Shown here: in pieces, positions 19,104 through 29,733 of the stretch | Layout of the letters: every line of letters starts with the position of its first letter | How positions within the stretch are numbered: position 1 is the first letter of the stretch | Program-made: the position numbers and the translations under genes | Virus record (IMG/VR): IMGVR_UViG_3300037307_000400 | DNA length: 64,000 nucleotides | DNA from: a virus | Strand: one strand, 5' to 3' | The notes under the pieces: generated by a model | The model's database searches: none | Told to the model about the DNA's origin: nothing | Seen by the model: only the letters and a program-made list of their open reading frames with translations

Positions 19104-19679
19104 ATGGAGCATCTCATCTTGATCGGACCCCCCGGAGCGGGGAAGACTCTCTTCGCGCGTAACCTGGCGCGCACACCCGCAGCGTTCAAGCACGCCCGAG
19201 CCTGCGAGGCCGAGTCCTCGTCGCTGCGGCGCATCGCGGGGCTACCGGAGCCTTCGATCACGTCCGACAGCTACGTCCCCTTCCGTGCGCCGCATCACAC
19301 GGTGAGCGCGCTCGGCATGACGGGGCAGCTCGCCTGCGGGTACCTCGTGCGCCCGGGCGAGCTGTCGCTCGCGCATGGTGGGGTGCTCTTCCTCGACCGC
19401 GCGCCCGACTTTTTCCAGCAACCGCTCAGGGACGTGCTCTCAGCGCTGGTCCGCGGCTACGTCGATCTACACGGCTCGCAGGGCACTGTCGTGCGGCTGC
19501 CCGCTGAGTTCAGGCTCGTGATCTCAGCGTCGCGCTGTTACTGCGACAGTCGCCCGGACTGTCACTGCACGACAGCGCAGAAGCAGCGGTACCTGGAGCC
19601 GCTCGCGCCCTTCCGCGAGCACTGCCGCGTGCTCGAGGGCGACGACCTCCAGGCCGAGGTTCAGGGGGCCCTGTCGTGA
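19104..19679 (+). CDS. Truncated ComM/YifB (Mg-chelatase-related) AAA+ fragment with degenerate Walker B
   Basis: GPPGAGKT, PFRAPHHT, PGELSLAHGGVLFLD(R); SD AGGAGG before MEHL. Confidence 0.8.
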   Translation: MEHLILIGPPGAGKTLFARNLARTPAAFKHARACEAESSSLRRIAGLPEPSITSDSYVPFRAPHHTVSALGMTGQLACGYLVRPGELSLAHGGVLFLDRAPDFFQQPLRDVLSALVRGYVDLHGSQGTVVRLPAEFRLVISASRCYCDSRPDCHCTTAQKQRYLEPLAPFREHCRVLEGDDLQAEVQGALS

Positions 19680-20184
19680 CGCCCGGGGACGCAGAGGACC
19701 TCGTCCTGCTGCGGCAGGCTCTGGTTGACGCTGGGTGGCTCTACGACCGACCGTGGCACGAGTACTTCAGGGTGGTGCTGGCGCGCGCCGAGCAGGCCGA
19801 GGACGATGCGCAGAAGGTGCTTGCGCTCGAGGCGGAGCTGGACGACGTCGAGCTGGAGCTGCGGAATCAGAGGGACGAGTACGACGAGGCGGAGCGCGCG
19901 TGTGAGCAGCTCAAGTGGGAACTCGACGAGGCCGGGCGCAAGGTGCGGCAGCTCGAGGAAGACCTGGCGCACGCGAGGGGCGAGTTGTGAAGCGCGAGGA
20001 CCAGCTTGAAGCGGCGAAGGTCGCGGCGTGGCTCTCGGCCGCGGACGGGCTCGAGGCCTATGCCCGCGCCCTGCCGACCTCGACCGACTTCGAGCGGCAG
20101 GTCCGGCGGCACGTCGAGAAAGCGGTGATTCCAGCCCTGCGGCGCAAGGCCAAGGGGCTTCTCGCCCGGCAGGAAACGCGGTAG
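19676..20184 (+). other. Two small coupled genes (19676-19990 coiled coil; 19987-20184)
   Basis: GTGA overlaps; coding-like sequence. Confidence 0.5.
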
Positions 20185-20194
20185 GCTTTCGCAC

Positions 20195-21646
20195 ATGGCG
20201 GATTCTCCCGACAAGCCCAAAAAGGTGCGGCCGCCGAGCCCACGGCTCTACATTTCCGGCCGCAAGGCCTCGGACCTGGACGAGCGCGCGGTCTACACGA
20301 CTGAGCTGCGCCGCCCGCGGGGCTCGGTCCGGGGCGCGTCCGAGTCCATCCAGATCCAGCCGATCTTGCTCCGGGGCCCGACCCTGCGCTTGATCAAACA
20401 GCGCATGGACGAGGGCTACAGCATCGAGCCGGTCAAGCGCATGCTCGCGATCAAGTTCGACCGAGCGATCTCGGGCGTCGACTTCGTGAACGTGCTCATC
20501 GAGGCGTTCGAGTCCGCGGGCCTTCCCGAGGACGTGATCTTTCAGAAAGTCACGACGTCCGCGTTCCGGCGAGAAGACGACCCCGACGCGCCCGACCCGG
20601 AGCCCGGCAAGAAGCGCAAGACGCGCCGGACGGCCGACAGCGTCGAGTTCCTACACGCGCTGCTTCAGCACCGCTACGACGATGCCGAGCGCATCTTGAG
20701 CAGCAACCCGGACAACGCGGTCAACAAGATCGGGTCCATCGGCCTGCTCTCGCTCACGAGCAAGATGGGCTGCTTCTCGTTCAACCTGCCGCCGGGGCCT
20801 GGCGAGCACTACGGGACGTGCCCTGCGAGCGCGCCGGGGTTCGTCTACTCGACGGACGCGGACCGCGAGAAGGCCTCTCGCGCGCTCCTGCCGATGGCAG
20901 GCAAGGTCGAAGTGCCGGACTTCATTTGCAACGGCTGCTACGCCTTGAAGGGCTCTTATGGCAACCCCAGCATGGCGTTCATCTTCGCTGCGCACCAGGA
21001 GCTGGTGAGTCGGCACCTGAGGCCGAGAGCCGGGCAGGAGTCGTTCGCGGACATCATGACGCGGGCGATCCGCATGAGCATCGAGTTGTCGCTCGACGCG
21101 CGCGCACGCGCGCCGCAGCGCGCGTGGTCCGTGCCCCACCCCGACTACTTCCGCATCCACGACGCGGGCGACATGTACTCGCTCGAGTACGCGCGCGCCT
21201 GGTTCGAGATCTGCCAGAACTTCCCAGAGGTCCAGTTCTGGGCGCCGACGCGCATGTGGGCGCTCCGAAAGCAGGCGGAGAACCTCGTCGCTGAGGGCAT
21301 CCCCGAGAACCTCGCGCTGCGCCCGAGCGCTTTGCACTTCGGCGACCGGCCCCCGGTCGTTCCCGGACTCGCGGCGGGCTCTGGGGCCGACGAGACAGCG
21401 AAGGACGCTTGGTTCTGCCCGGCGACCTCGACTGAGGCAAGCCTGGGCGGTGAGCGCAAGGGGGGTGTGGCTCGGCAGATCAACAAGAAGAAGACCTACT
21501 CCTGCGCGCTCGCGCACGGCATCGACAGCCCCTCGCGCGGCGGCAAGGATGCAAACCAGCTCCCATCCGACGGGAGCCCCAAGTCCGCAGGCTGCCGTGT
21601 CTGTTGGGACTACCCTGACGTCCCGGTCTACTACCACCCTCACTGA
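20195..21646 (+). CDS. Gp88-like (radical-SAM-related) protein with N-terminal extension
   Basis: FNLP..TCP..CNGCYA..YFRIHDAGD..W..I..FPEVQFWAPTR. Confidence 0.75.
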   Translation: MADSPDKPKKVRPPSPRLYISGRKASDLDERAVYTTELRRPRGSVRGASESIQIQPILLRGPTLRLIKQRMDEGYSIEPVKRMLAIKFDRAISGVDFVNVLIEAFESAGLPEDVIFQKVTTSAFRREDDPDAPDPEPGKKRKTRRTADSVEFLHALLQHRYDDAERILSSNPDNAVNKIGSIGLLSLTSKMGCFSFNLPPGPGEHYGTCPASAPGFVYSTDADREKASRALLPMAGKVEVPDFICNGCYALKGSYGNPSMAFIFAAHQELVSRHLRPRAGQESFADIMTRAIRMSIELSLDARARAPQRAWSVPHPDYFRIHDAGDMYSLEYARAWFEICQNFPEVQFWAPTRMWALRKQAENLVAEGIPENLALRPSALHFGDRPPVVPGLAAGSGADETAKDAWFCPATSTEASLGGERKGGVARQINKKKTYSCALAHGIDSPSRGGKDANQLPSDGSPKSAGCRVCWDYPDVPVYYHPH

Positions 21647-21654
21647 GGCATCAC

Positions 21655-21966
21655 ATGTCTGAACTCGACTCGCTCATGAACCAGTACTGGCGCGAGAACG
21701 TGCGCGCCAACGACGACAACCCGCTGCTGCTTTGCGGGCAGCTTACGGACTTCCTCGCCCAGGTGCAGGCGCTCGAGAGCCCGGAGGGCAAGACGACGGA
21801 CCTCGGCGAGTGGTCGGAGTTGGACTGGAAGCTCGCGCTCCAGCGGTTCGGCTTCAGCGCAGACCAGATCTTGACGGCTCTCGAAGTCGTCGCCTCGTGG
21901 GGGATGGTCGACGAGGACGTCTGGGAGAGCGAGGCCGATGAGGAAATCGAAGCCCTCGCTGAGTGA
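21655..21966 (+). CDS. Acidic hypothetical protein
   Basis: SD GAGG; coding-like sequence. Confidence 0.55.
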   Translation: MSELDSLMNQYWRENVRANDDNPLLLCGQLTDFLAQVQALESPEGKTTDLGEWSELDWKLALQRFGFSADQILTALEVVASWGMVDEDVWESEADEEIEALAE

Positions 21967-22035
21967 GCGCGTCGAGACGCTGGACCTTTGGGCCGCCCGG
22001 CTACTACGCTGTTCTGAGCTACTACTGGAGACTGC

Positions 22036-24489
22036 ATGTCGTACATGGACGAAGGCGGAACGAAGCTCCTCGCGACGCACTGCCTGAGGTGCGGCAAGCC
22101 GCTACGCGACCCGACGTCGGTCGAGCTAGGCCTCGGGCCGGACTGCGCGGAGATCGTGGGCTTCGGGCACGAGTTCCACGTCGAGCCCGACGACGAGGCG
22201 CTCGAGGCCGCGCTCGCTCTGGCTCCCGAGGACCTGCGTGCGGCCTACCGGCGCGGGGCCGCGAGCGGCGGCAACATGCGCGGCGTGAGCTTCGCCCTGC
22301 ACAACGCAGGCTGGCATTGGGAGCACGAGGCTGAGCGTGCCCGGAAGCACCTCGCGTCGTTCGTCGAGATCGCGACGGCTGCGGGCTACCTCAAGATGGC
22401 AGGCGCCGTGCTCGCGCGCTTCGCCAAGCTCGACCTCCAGGGCATCGACCCGGACAAGCTCGTCAAGGGCGTTCGCGTCAAGCTGCAGGACGGGCGCGAG
22501 GGCAAGTACGTCGGGACGTGGGGCGGCCGGCACGGCATCTCGTTCGGCCCGGGGCCGCTGCACTACACGAACACGTCAGGCATCGCCGAGGTCAAGACCG
22601 TGGCGGGCGCGTCCGTGGACGCGACGGTGTCGAAGTTCACGGCCGAGGACTTCACGCGGCAGAAGATCCCGTTCAGCATCCTGCTGACCGACGACACTGA
22701 GGTCATGGTCGTGCAGCACGGCACGAACAACCGCGGCTTCTGGATGCGGACGAACGACGCCGAGCACAAGTTCGTGACCATCCCCGAGGTCAAGGCGATC
22801 TTGGGCGCGCGCGAGCCCGTGCTGCGCTTCGAGCAGATTGAGCCGGGCATGCGCGTGAAGCTCCGCAGCGGTGATGCGGTGACCATCGTCAAGAGCGGTG
22901 TCTCGAAGGCGGGCAAGCGGTACGTCATCAGCGCGGACGCCAAGGGCCTGGAAGGCTTCCTTGACCTCTACGAAGTCACCGAGGTGCTGAGCGGCCCCAC
23001 GGCGGCGACGCGCGCCATCGCGGGCGCAGCCCCGGTGGAGCGGGAGTACCAGCCGCGGACCCTCGAGCTGAGCCGCAAGCTGTTCGCGCACCAGCGAGAG
23101 GGCGCCGAGTGGATGGTCGAGCGCGGCGGCGTGATCCTCGCCGACGACATGGGCCTCGGCAAGACAGCGACGAGCATTTCGGCACTCACGGTGCCCGCGG
23201 TCATCGTGTGCCCCGCGACGCTCAAGGCGAACTGGGCGCGTGAGATCTCGATGTGGGGCCAGCCAGGTTGGAGCGTGTCCATCGTCGGCGAGCGGAACGC
23301 GGACCTCGACGCTGACGTCGTGGTCTGCAACTACGAGCGGCTCAAGGGTCCGGTGCTCGAAGCGCTCCTGAATCGAGGCAACGAGACGCTCATCTGCGAC
23401 GAGGCGCACGCGCTCAAGAACTTCCGCGTGTTCCGCGCGCGCGGCGGCGAGCTGAAGCTCGGCAAGAACAACAGCCAGCGGGCGGACGCTGTGTGGCGGC
23501 TTGCGAGCTTCGGCGGACCTGACGGAGTCCGGGTGCCGCAGCGCTTCCTGCTCACGGGCACGCCGATGCCCAACGGCCGGCACGAGGAGTTGTTCCCCCT
23601 GGTCAACATCGCGAGCGGCAAGGGAGTGTTCGGGGACTTCCGCGCGTTCTGCGAGGACTACTGCCCGCCGGTTGAGAAGTCGTTCCGCGGCCAGAGGGTG
23701 GTCGACTACTCGACCAACGCACAGGCGGAGCACCTGAAGGAGCAGCTCAAGGACGTGATGCTGCGCCGGACGAAGGACCTGCTGAGCCTGCCGGAGAAGC
23801 TGCGCTCGACGAAGCTCCTGGAGCTGGATGCTGAGACGGCGAAGCAGTACAAGGCTGCGCAGAAGGACTTCCTCGCGTGGTACAAGGCTGCGGGGAAGGA
23901 CGCGAGCCGGGCGCTGCACGCAGAGGCAATCGTGCGCCTGACAGCGCTTCGCAAGCTCGCGGCTGTGGGCAAGGTCGACGGGTTCCTGGGCGAGATCACA
24001 GACTACCTGCTCGGGAGCGTCAACCCGTTGATCGTCATGGCGCATCACCGCGAAGTGCTCGACCAGCTTGAGAGCGAGCTGAGTGAGTTCCGCGTCCAGC
24101 GCATCGACGGCGGGGTGCCGACGCACAAGCGTTCGCAGATCGTGGACGACTTCCAGGCCGGCAAGATCGACGTGCTGCTCTGCTCGATCACGGCGGCGGG
24201 CGTGGGCATCACGCTCACGCGCGCGGACTCGATTTTCTTCCTCGAGCGAGTGTGGCGCCCGTTCGACATGGCGCAGGCCGAGGACCGGCTGCACCGCATC
24301 GGGCAGACCAAGATGGTCAACGTGATCTACTACGACGCGCCGGGAACCATCGACCTCGTGCTCGCGGCGCGGACCCAGGCGAAGATCGAGAACGCCGACA
24401 AGGTACTTGGCGGGTCGTCGGGCGACCCGGACACGCCGAGCGAGAACCTGGACGAGATCGTGCAACAGCTCATTCAGCAGTCGAAGTAA
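22036..24489 (+). CDS. SNF2-family helicase with N-terminal DUF6011-like zinc finger
   Basis: CLRCGKPL..SVELGLGPDC; LADDMGLGKT, DEAH, LTGTP, GITLTRA, QAEDRLHRIGQ. Confidence 0.92.
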   Translation: MSYMDEGGTKLLATHCLRCGKPLRDPTSVELGLGPDCAEIVGFGHEFHVEPDDEALEAALALAPEDLRAAYRRGAASGGNMRGVSFALHNAGWHWEHEAERARKHLASFVEIATAAGYLKMAGAVLARFAKLDLQGIDPDKLVKGVRVKLQDGREGKYVGTWGGRHGISFGPGPLHYTNTSGIAEVKTVAGASVDATVSKFTAEDFTRQKIPFSILLTDDTEVMVVQHGTNNRGFWMRTNDAEHKFVTIPEVKAILGAREPVLRFEQIEPGMRVKLRSGDAVTIVKSGVSKAGKRYVISADAKGLEGFLDLYEVTEVLSGPTAATRAIAGAAPVEREYQPRTLELSRKLFAHQREGAEWMVERGGVILADDMGLGKTATSISALTVPAVIVCPATLKANWAREISMWGQPGWSVSIVGERNADLDADVVVCNYERLKGPVLEALLNRGNETLICDEAHALKNFRVFRARGGELKLGKNNSQRADAVWRLASFGGPDGVRVPQRFLLTGTPMPNGRHEELFPLVNIASGKGVFGDFRAFCEDYCPPVEKSFRGQRVVDYSTNAQAEHLKEQLKDVMLRRTKDLLSLPEKLRSTKLLELDAETAKQYKAAQKDFLAWYKAAGKDASRALHAEAIVRLTALRKLAAVGKVDGFLGEITDYLLGSVNPLIVMAHHREVLDQLESELSEFRVQRIDGGVPTHKRSQIVDDFQAGKIDVLLCSITAAGVGITLTRADSIFFLERVWRPFDMAQAEDRLHRIGQTKMVNVIYYDAPGTIDLVLAARTQAKIENADKVLGGSSGDPDTPSENLDEIVQQLIQQSK

Positions 24490-24501
24490 CAGGAGGACAC
24501 C

Positions 24502-24891
<390 letters not shown>

Positions 24892-24994
24892 GCCGCAGTC
24901 GGCTCGAGAGATGCGTGGCGCGGTCAGCGCCTGAAGTCAGTGATAGGAGCAAATCATAAGAAAGAAGAGCGGGCTATTTTCGAGTCACGAGGCG

Positions 24995-25243
24995 ATGGAG
25001 GTCTTCGAGATCTACCAGGAGCTGGGCGCCAGCGAGAACTACGACATCCAGGCAGCGGCCATGGCCGTCGCGACCCTCGCGTGTCTGGATCGCGGAGTGC
25101 ATGTGGCGCTCGAGGAGCTGCACTACCAGCTCGGGCGCCTAGACCTCACAGACCTCTCGGTCTTGGCCGGGGAGGGTCCGCACACGAGTGCCGAGTCCGC
25201 ACTCATGCGGGCGTGGGCAGATTACCGGCGGTCTGTCGGCTGA
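24995..25243 (+). CDS. Hypothetical protein
   Basis: SD GAGG upstream of ATG. Confidence 0.5.
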   Translation: MEVFEIYQELGASENYDIQAAAMAVATLACLDRGVHVALEELHYQLGRLDLTDLSVLAGEGPHTSAESALMRAWADYRRSVG

Positions 25244-25268
25244 CTGCGCGCAAGACTGAAACGGCAGG

Positions 25269-26045
25269 ATGAAGATCGGGTCGTTGTTCTCTGGCATCGG
25301 CGGTCTGGAGCTTGGGCTCGAGGCCGCCGGGCTGGGCCACACGGTGTGGCAGGTCGAGAAGAACCCTTTCAGCGCGGCGGTGCTCGAGAAGCACTGGCCG
25401 GGAGTCCCGCAGTACGATGACGTCCACGAAGTCGGTGCGCACAACCTCGAGCAGGTCGACCTCATCTGCGGGGGGTTCCCTTGCCAGGACGTCTCAGTTG
25501 CAGGACTGCGCGCTGGACTTTCTGGAAGCCGCTCTGGACTCTGGGCTGAATATCTCCGGGTTGTTGACGAACTCGGACCCGAGTGGGTCGTCGTCGAGAA
25601 CGTCGCGAGCGGCGCGGACCTCTGGGTCGATGCCGTCACCGGAGCCCTGGCAGAGTCCGGCTATGCGACGCTTCCGATCCCGCTGTCAGCAGCAGACGTT
25701 GGCGCGCCGCACGCACGAGCCCGGATTTTTGTGGTCGGGCGTTGCGCTGCTCGGCGGGCTTCTGCCTACGCCTACCACGCGCAGGAACCAGAATTCTCCG
25801 GACTCGATGAAGTGGCCGGCGAACCGCCGGCTGCGGGCCTTGCTTGGCCCTGGAGCACCGAGCCCGGGCTTCATGGAGTGGATGCAAGGCTTTCCGATAG
25901 GGTGGACATCTCTGCGCGAACGCAGGCGCTAGGAAACGCCGTTGTGCCGCAGTGTGCCGCCGTTGTAGGGTGGATCATCCGAGAGCTGCTCGAGAAGAAA
26001 CACCAGACTCTGCAATTTGTCTGGTCGAACTCCGCGCAGGACTGA
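25269..26045 (+). CDS. C5-cytosine DNA methyltransferase (main frame)
   Basis: FSGIGG (I), GGFPCQD (IV), ENV (VI), RARIF (VIII), ALGNAVVP (X). Confidence 0.92.
   Translation: MKIGSLFSGIGGLELGLEAAGLGHTVWQVEKNPFSAAVLEKHWPGVPQYDDVHEVGAHNLEQVDLICGGFPCQDVSVAGLRAGLSGSRSGLWAEYLRVVDELGPEWVVVENVASGADLWVDAVTGALAESGYATLPIPLSAADVGAPHARARIFVVGRCAARRASAYAYHAQEPEFSGLDEVAGEPPAAGLAWPWSTEPGLHGVDARLSDRVDISARTQALGNAVVPQCAAVVGWIIRELLEKKHQTLQFVWSNSAQD
25663..25932 (+). CDS. Overlapping +1-frame ORF, putative second methyltransferase polypeptide carrying motif IX
   Basis: LLPTPT..PSPGFMEWMQGFPIGWT lies wholly inside the MTase gene; start uncertain. Confidence 0.65.
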   Translation: MRRFRSRCQQQTLARRTHEPGFLWSGVALLGGLLPTPTTRRNQNSPDSMKWPANRRLRALLGPGAPSPGFMEWMQGFPIGWTSLRERRR

Positions 26046-26070
26046 GCCCGCCCGCGCAGGGCGCGCCCCG

Positions 26071-26291
26071 CATGTAGGACTACCGCCTACATGATTCTGG
26101 CCCTGGTGCGTATCAGGGCGACCTGTTACACCCTCCAGGGCGTCACACCCGCCCCTGTTACACCCGTCTAGCAGCAGCCCCGCCTTAATGATTACACGGG
26201 GTTAGCCGACTCCCAGCCGTTGGCACGGGCCGTGCAACTACCCGGTTGTGGCGCCAAGGCGGCGCCCGCCAGAAGGAAGGAAGGACCCCCG
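26071..26291 (+). repeat. Direct repeat unit B plus leader hairpin and SD
   Basis: CATGTAGG-N7-CCTACATG (26071-26093), 97-bp core (26142-26238), GGCGCC-AAGGC-GGCGCC (26250-26266). Confidence 0.9.
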
Positions 26292-26675
26292 ATGAACAAG
26301 TCTGACGCCAAGTTCGTGCAACGCCTCTTCGTCGCCGCAGCCCGGGATGCCGGCTACCAGCTCACCCGTGCCGTCGATGCGAGCGAGACGATGGAGCCGA
26401 GCGGTGCGCTCTTCCCGGTGTACGTCGTCCTGGCGGCGGCCAGTCCTAACGACTATGAAGTGACGCTGTACGTCAGCGCCCCGGTTGCGGAAGCCGCGGA
26501 GCTGCCTGGTTGGCGTGCCGACGACGTGACGCCCGTGATCGCTTGCAAGAATTTCAACCTCTCTGCCTACTTCGTTGAGAAGATCCTTGTGACGCTTCGG
26601 GCCGCGAAGGCTGCGCAGATGGCGCAGGCTGCCTCCGAGATCGCCGCGGCGCGCGCCGAGGCGCGCGCGCGATGA
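26292..26675 (+). CDS. Hypothetical protein
   Basis: AGGAAGGA SD; MNKSDA start. Confidence 0.65.
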   Translation: MNKSDAKFVQRLFVAAARDAGYQLTRAVDASETMEPSGALFPVYVVLAAASPNDYEVTLYVSAPVAEAAELPGWRADDVTPVIACKNFNLSAYFVEKILVTLRAAKAAQMAQAASEIAAARAEARAR

Positions 26676-26746
26676 GCTGAGTCCGCACAGGCCCCGCGCC
26701 GGTCAAGCCGGCGCCCGCTCGCGACGGGGCGGGGCCTCCACACGCT

Positions 26747-26819
26747 CGGGGAAAGGGTTCCCCGGGCTGGACGTAGAACCATCAGGCGCCGAGGCGGCGC
26801 CCCAGCAGGAAGGACCAAC
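26747..26819 (+). promoter_or_regulatory. Repeated promoter/leader unit
   Basis: CGGGGA-AAGGG-TTCCCCG, 9 nt, TAGAAC, GGCGCC-GAGGC-GGCGCC hairpin, AGGAAGGA. Confidence 0.75.
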
Positions 26820-28185
26820 ATGTGCAAGTTCAAGATCGCCAGCCTTCGCGTGGATGTGCAGCAACTGGGCCGTGAGGCCGACGAGTACGATCTCGTCGCG
26901 TACTCAGAGCGGCTGAGCGAGGTCCTCGACAATGAGGGCATCCTGCACGACCTGCGCTTCGAGCCCAGCCGAGAGCGCGCCTGGTTCGGCCTCGAAGCTC
27001 CGAGCAACCGAGACTACAAAGTGTCCGAGGACTACGAGGCGGCCCAGTTGGCGCTCGAGGACCGCTACTTCCGGCTCTCCGAAGAGGTCTTCGACTCGCA
27101 GATCTGGGTTGAGCGCGCGAACGTCGCGCGGGCCCTGGCCGTCGCCGACGAGGCGGAGTAAGGTGGCAGACGTGGCCCGCACCCCGGACGTCTTCGTGGT
27201 CCGTCTCGACCGCTACCACCCCGCGCGCGACGCGCGCGGGCTCGCCGCCTACCTCGCCGAGCTGCGCGAGGAGTTCGAGTACGCGGGCCTGCGTGACATC
27301 GAGATCACGAGCGAGGGCAAGACGCACATCTCGGACCGCGAGAAGGCCTACGCCGCCGAGCAGGTCGCGAGCGAGGTCCTGCACCATGGGCTTTGGGGCT
27401 GGGTGATGCATGAGGAGCGCGCACTGCCGGTGGGCCGGACCGTGCGGCTCCACCTGCCCGGTGAGCCGCCCGTGCGCGTCGTCGTGGTCGCGCACTCGGA
27501 AGTGCCCGGGCACGTCACCGTCGAGGCCGAGGACGGCCGACGCTGGACCAAGCACCTGGGCATCGGGTACTTCAGCTTCGCCTGAGCCATGCGAGTCACG
27601 GTCCGCGACACCGACCTCGCCGCGCACGTTGCGCGGCCCGTGGACGTCTACGACGTGCTCGCCTACGCGCGGGCCCTCGACGAGCAGCTCACGGCCGCAG
27701 GCCTGCCGGTCGAGCACGCAGTGAGCTGGAAGGACCCTGGCTACCGCGCGCCGAAGGCGGAGTTCGAGCTAGGACACGAGGGCGATGCGTGGTCCGCCGC
27801 CGAGCGCGCGCTGCGCGCGTTCGAGCGCCTTGAGCTGGCTGTCGCGCGGGAGCCTGGGTGGGAGCGCGCCGCGGCGACACTACGCAGGCGCGGCCCCACG
27901 AGTTACCACCTGTACGCCTACGACCGGGACCCTGCCTCGCGAGGGGCGCGCACGCTCTGCGACGAGGAGTACGTCGAGATCTTGGCGTTCGACGACCAGG
28001 CCGCCATCGGCTACGCCGAGGAAGAGCTGCCGGCTCTCTCAGGCTGCGTGCGGCCCGAGGACGGGCTCGGCGTCGGCGACAAGATCTGGGGCCTGCTGCT
28101 CGGCGACGCTGGGCGCCCTCTCGTGAAGCTCGAGTACCGGCTGACAGAAGACGACATCGAGCCGGACGAAGACGAGTTCGACTGA
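26820..28185 (+). other. Three hypothetical early genes (26820-27161, 27163-27585, 27589-28185)
   Basis: Consecutive acidic ORFs behind the repeated promoter. Confidence 0.6.
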
Positions 28186-28191
28186 AAGAAA

Positions 28192-28268
28192 CTGGGGAAG
28201 GATTCCCCAGAACCTGCTGTACAATCATCACGGGCGCCGAGGCGGCGCCCAACAGGAAGGACCGAGAC
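28192..28268 (+). promoter_or_regulatory. Repeated promoter/leader unit
   Basis: CTGGGGA-AGGA-TTCCCCAG, 9 nt, TACAAT, GGGCGCC-GAGGC-GGCGCCC, AGGAAGGA. Confidence 0.8.
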
Positions 28269-28931
28269 ATGCCCAGAGTCAGGCTCAACGCAGCCGCACA
28301 GTTCGCCCGCGAGTTCGACGGGACCCCGTTCGCCGACGAGGTCCCGTACCTCACCGGCCCTGAGCGCGTCGCCGCGCACTGCGCGACGAACGGCGTCGCG
28401 GGCGCCGCACACTGGCTGGTCGACGACCTGCCGGAGGTCCGGCGTGACGACCTAGCGTACCGGCCACTCGGCATGGCTCTCTCGGGCTCGGACCTCTGGG
28501 GTTCGCGCATCGGAATGATCACCCTGGCCGACATCGAAGAGTCAGCGTGGCTGCGCCCTGCTTTTCAGGGCATGCCGAGCCGCGTGTTCCGGCGCAACCC
28601 GGACCTGCCTGTGGGCTGGATCCTCGACCACGCGGGCTCGGACGGGCGCGCCATCATGCGCGGCGTGCCCATCCCGCGGGACGGGCTCCCGCACCTTGAG
28701 CTAGCCCTCGACGTGGGCATCGACCTCGTCCTGCTCCTGCGCACGGCCGCGGCGTGCCTGCGCGCCGGCCATGGCCGCGCTCTCGCGGCCCCCGTGGCGC
28801 TCGAGGTCCGGCACAACGGCGACTCGCGCGACCCCGTGCTGCTCCACGACGCCGCGCGCGACGTGCAGGGAAGGGTCCACAGCGCGATCTTGGGCGTGGT
28901 GATGCCCGCGAGGACGGAGAAGCGCCCATGA
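28269..28931 (+). CDS. Hypothetical protein
   Basis: MPRVRLN start after the conserved leader. Confidence 0.65.
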   Translation: MPRVRLNAAAQFAREFDGTPFADEVPYLTGPERVAAHCATNGVAGAAHWLVDDLPEVRRDDLAYRPLGMALSGSDLWGSRIGMITLADIEESAWLRPAFQGMPSRVFRRNPDLPVGWILDHAGSDGRAIMRGVPIPRDGLPHLELALDVGIDLVLLLRTAAACLRAGHGRALAAPVALEVRHNGDSRDPVLLHDAARDVQGRVHSAILGVVMPARTEKRP

Positions 28932-29272
28932 CGCAGCGCCGGACAAAGACAGAGCGATTTTTGCTCTTCCTCACGATTTCCGGGGCGCGTTCCCCGGAGG
29001 CCTGGCCTGTTGGGCAGCCTGATGTTGCTGTCCCTGAAGACACGGGCTTCGAGCACGACCCCGGTGTCTCAGCAAACAAGCACTCCCTGACAGAAACCTA
29101 CGCAGCGACGCTCGCTGAGATCGGCCGAGAGTTCGGCGTCTGTCGCGAGCAGATCCGCCAGATCGAGAGTCGCGCAAAGCGGCGGATGCGGAGGCCGAAC
29201 CGCATGCGCCTCACGTCCGCCGAGCGGGCCGCTGGCTTCACCGACCGCGACGTCTGGGAGCCCGACCGATGA
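28928..29272 (+). CDS. Stand-alone sigma70 region-4-like HTH protein
   Basis: TLAEIGREFGVCREQIRQIESRAKRRMR. Confidence 0.75.
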   Translation: MTQRRTKTERFLLFLTISGARSPEAWPVGQPDVAVPEDTGFEHDPGVSANKHSLTETYAATLAEIGREFGVCREQIRQIESRAKRRMRRPNRMRLTSAERAAGFTDRDVWEPDR

Positions 29273-29733
29273 AGTACGTCAAGGATTCCCCGACGAGCGA
29301 GGAGGCCGCGGCCTTCGCCGAGGGCTTCTCGGGCCACGCGCGCGAGCAGGTCTACCTCTACCTGCTCCGCAACGGACCCTGCACCGACGACGAGATGCAG
29401 CAGGCCCTGGGCATGAAGCACCAGACGCTGGGCCCGCGCCGCATCGAACTCGTGGAGGCGAACATGGTCGAGGACACGGGGCTCACCCGCCCGACGAGCA
29501 GCGGCTGTCAGGCCACGCTCTGGCGCGTGCGCGCCCCGTACATGGCCTCGGTGTTCCTCGAGGGGTCCAGGCGCGCCGGCTCGCTCCGGGCCGCCACACG
29601 GGCGCTCTGCGCGGCAGCGCGGGCCTACTCCGAGGAGCCCTCGACCACGAGCGCCCGGGCGGTCCTCGACGCCGCCCTCAGGTTCGCCCGGGTCGACGCC
29701 GGACAGGCCCCCGGCCCGCGGGGCGGCTCGTGA
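29269..29733 (+). CDS. Winged-HTH DNA-binding protein
   Basis: VYLYLLRNGPCTDDEMQQALGMKHQTLGPRRIELVEANMVEDTG. Confidence 0.75.
   Translation: MKYVKDSPTSEEAAAFAEGFSGHAREQVYLYLLRNGPCTDDEMQQALGMKHQTLGPRRIELVEANMVEDTGLTRPTSSGCQATLWRVRAPYMASVFLEGSRRAGSLRAATRALCAAARAYSEEPSTTSARAVLDAALRFARVDAGQAPGPRGGS

Noticed and set aside
19104-19679. AAA+ fragment as the genome-packaging ATPase or as a host-gene boundary
   Set aside because: The motifs are ComM/YifB type, not FtsK/HerA or terminase, and both flanks are virus-like.
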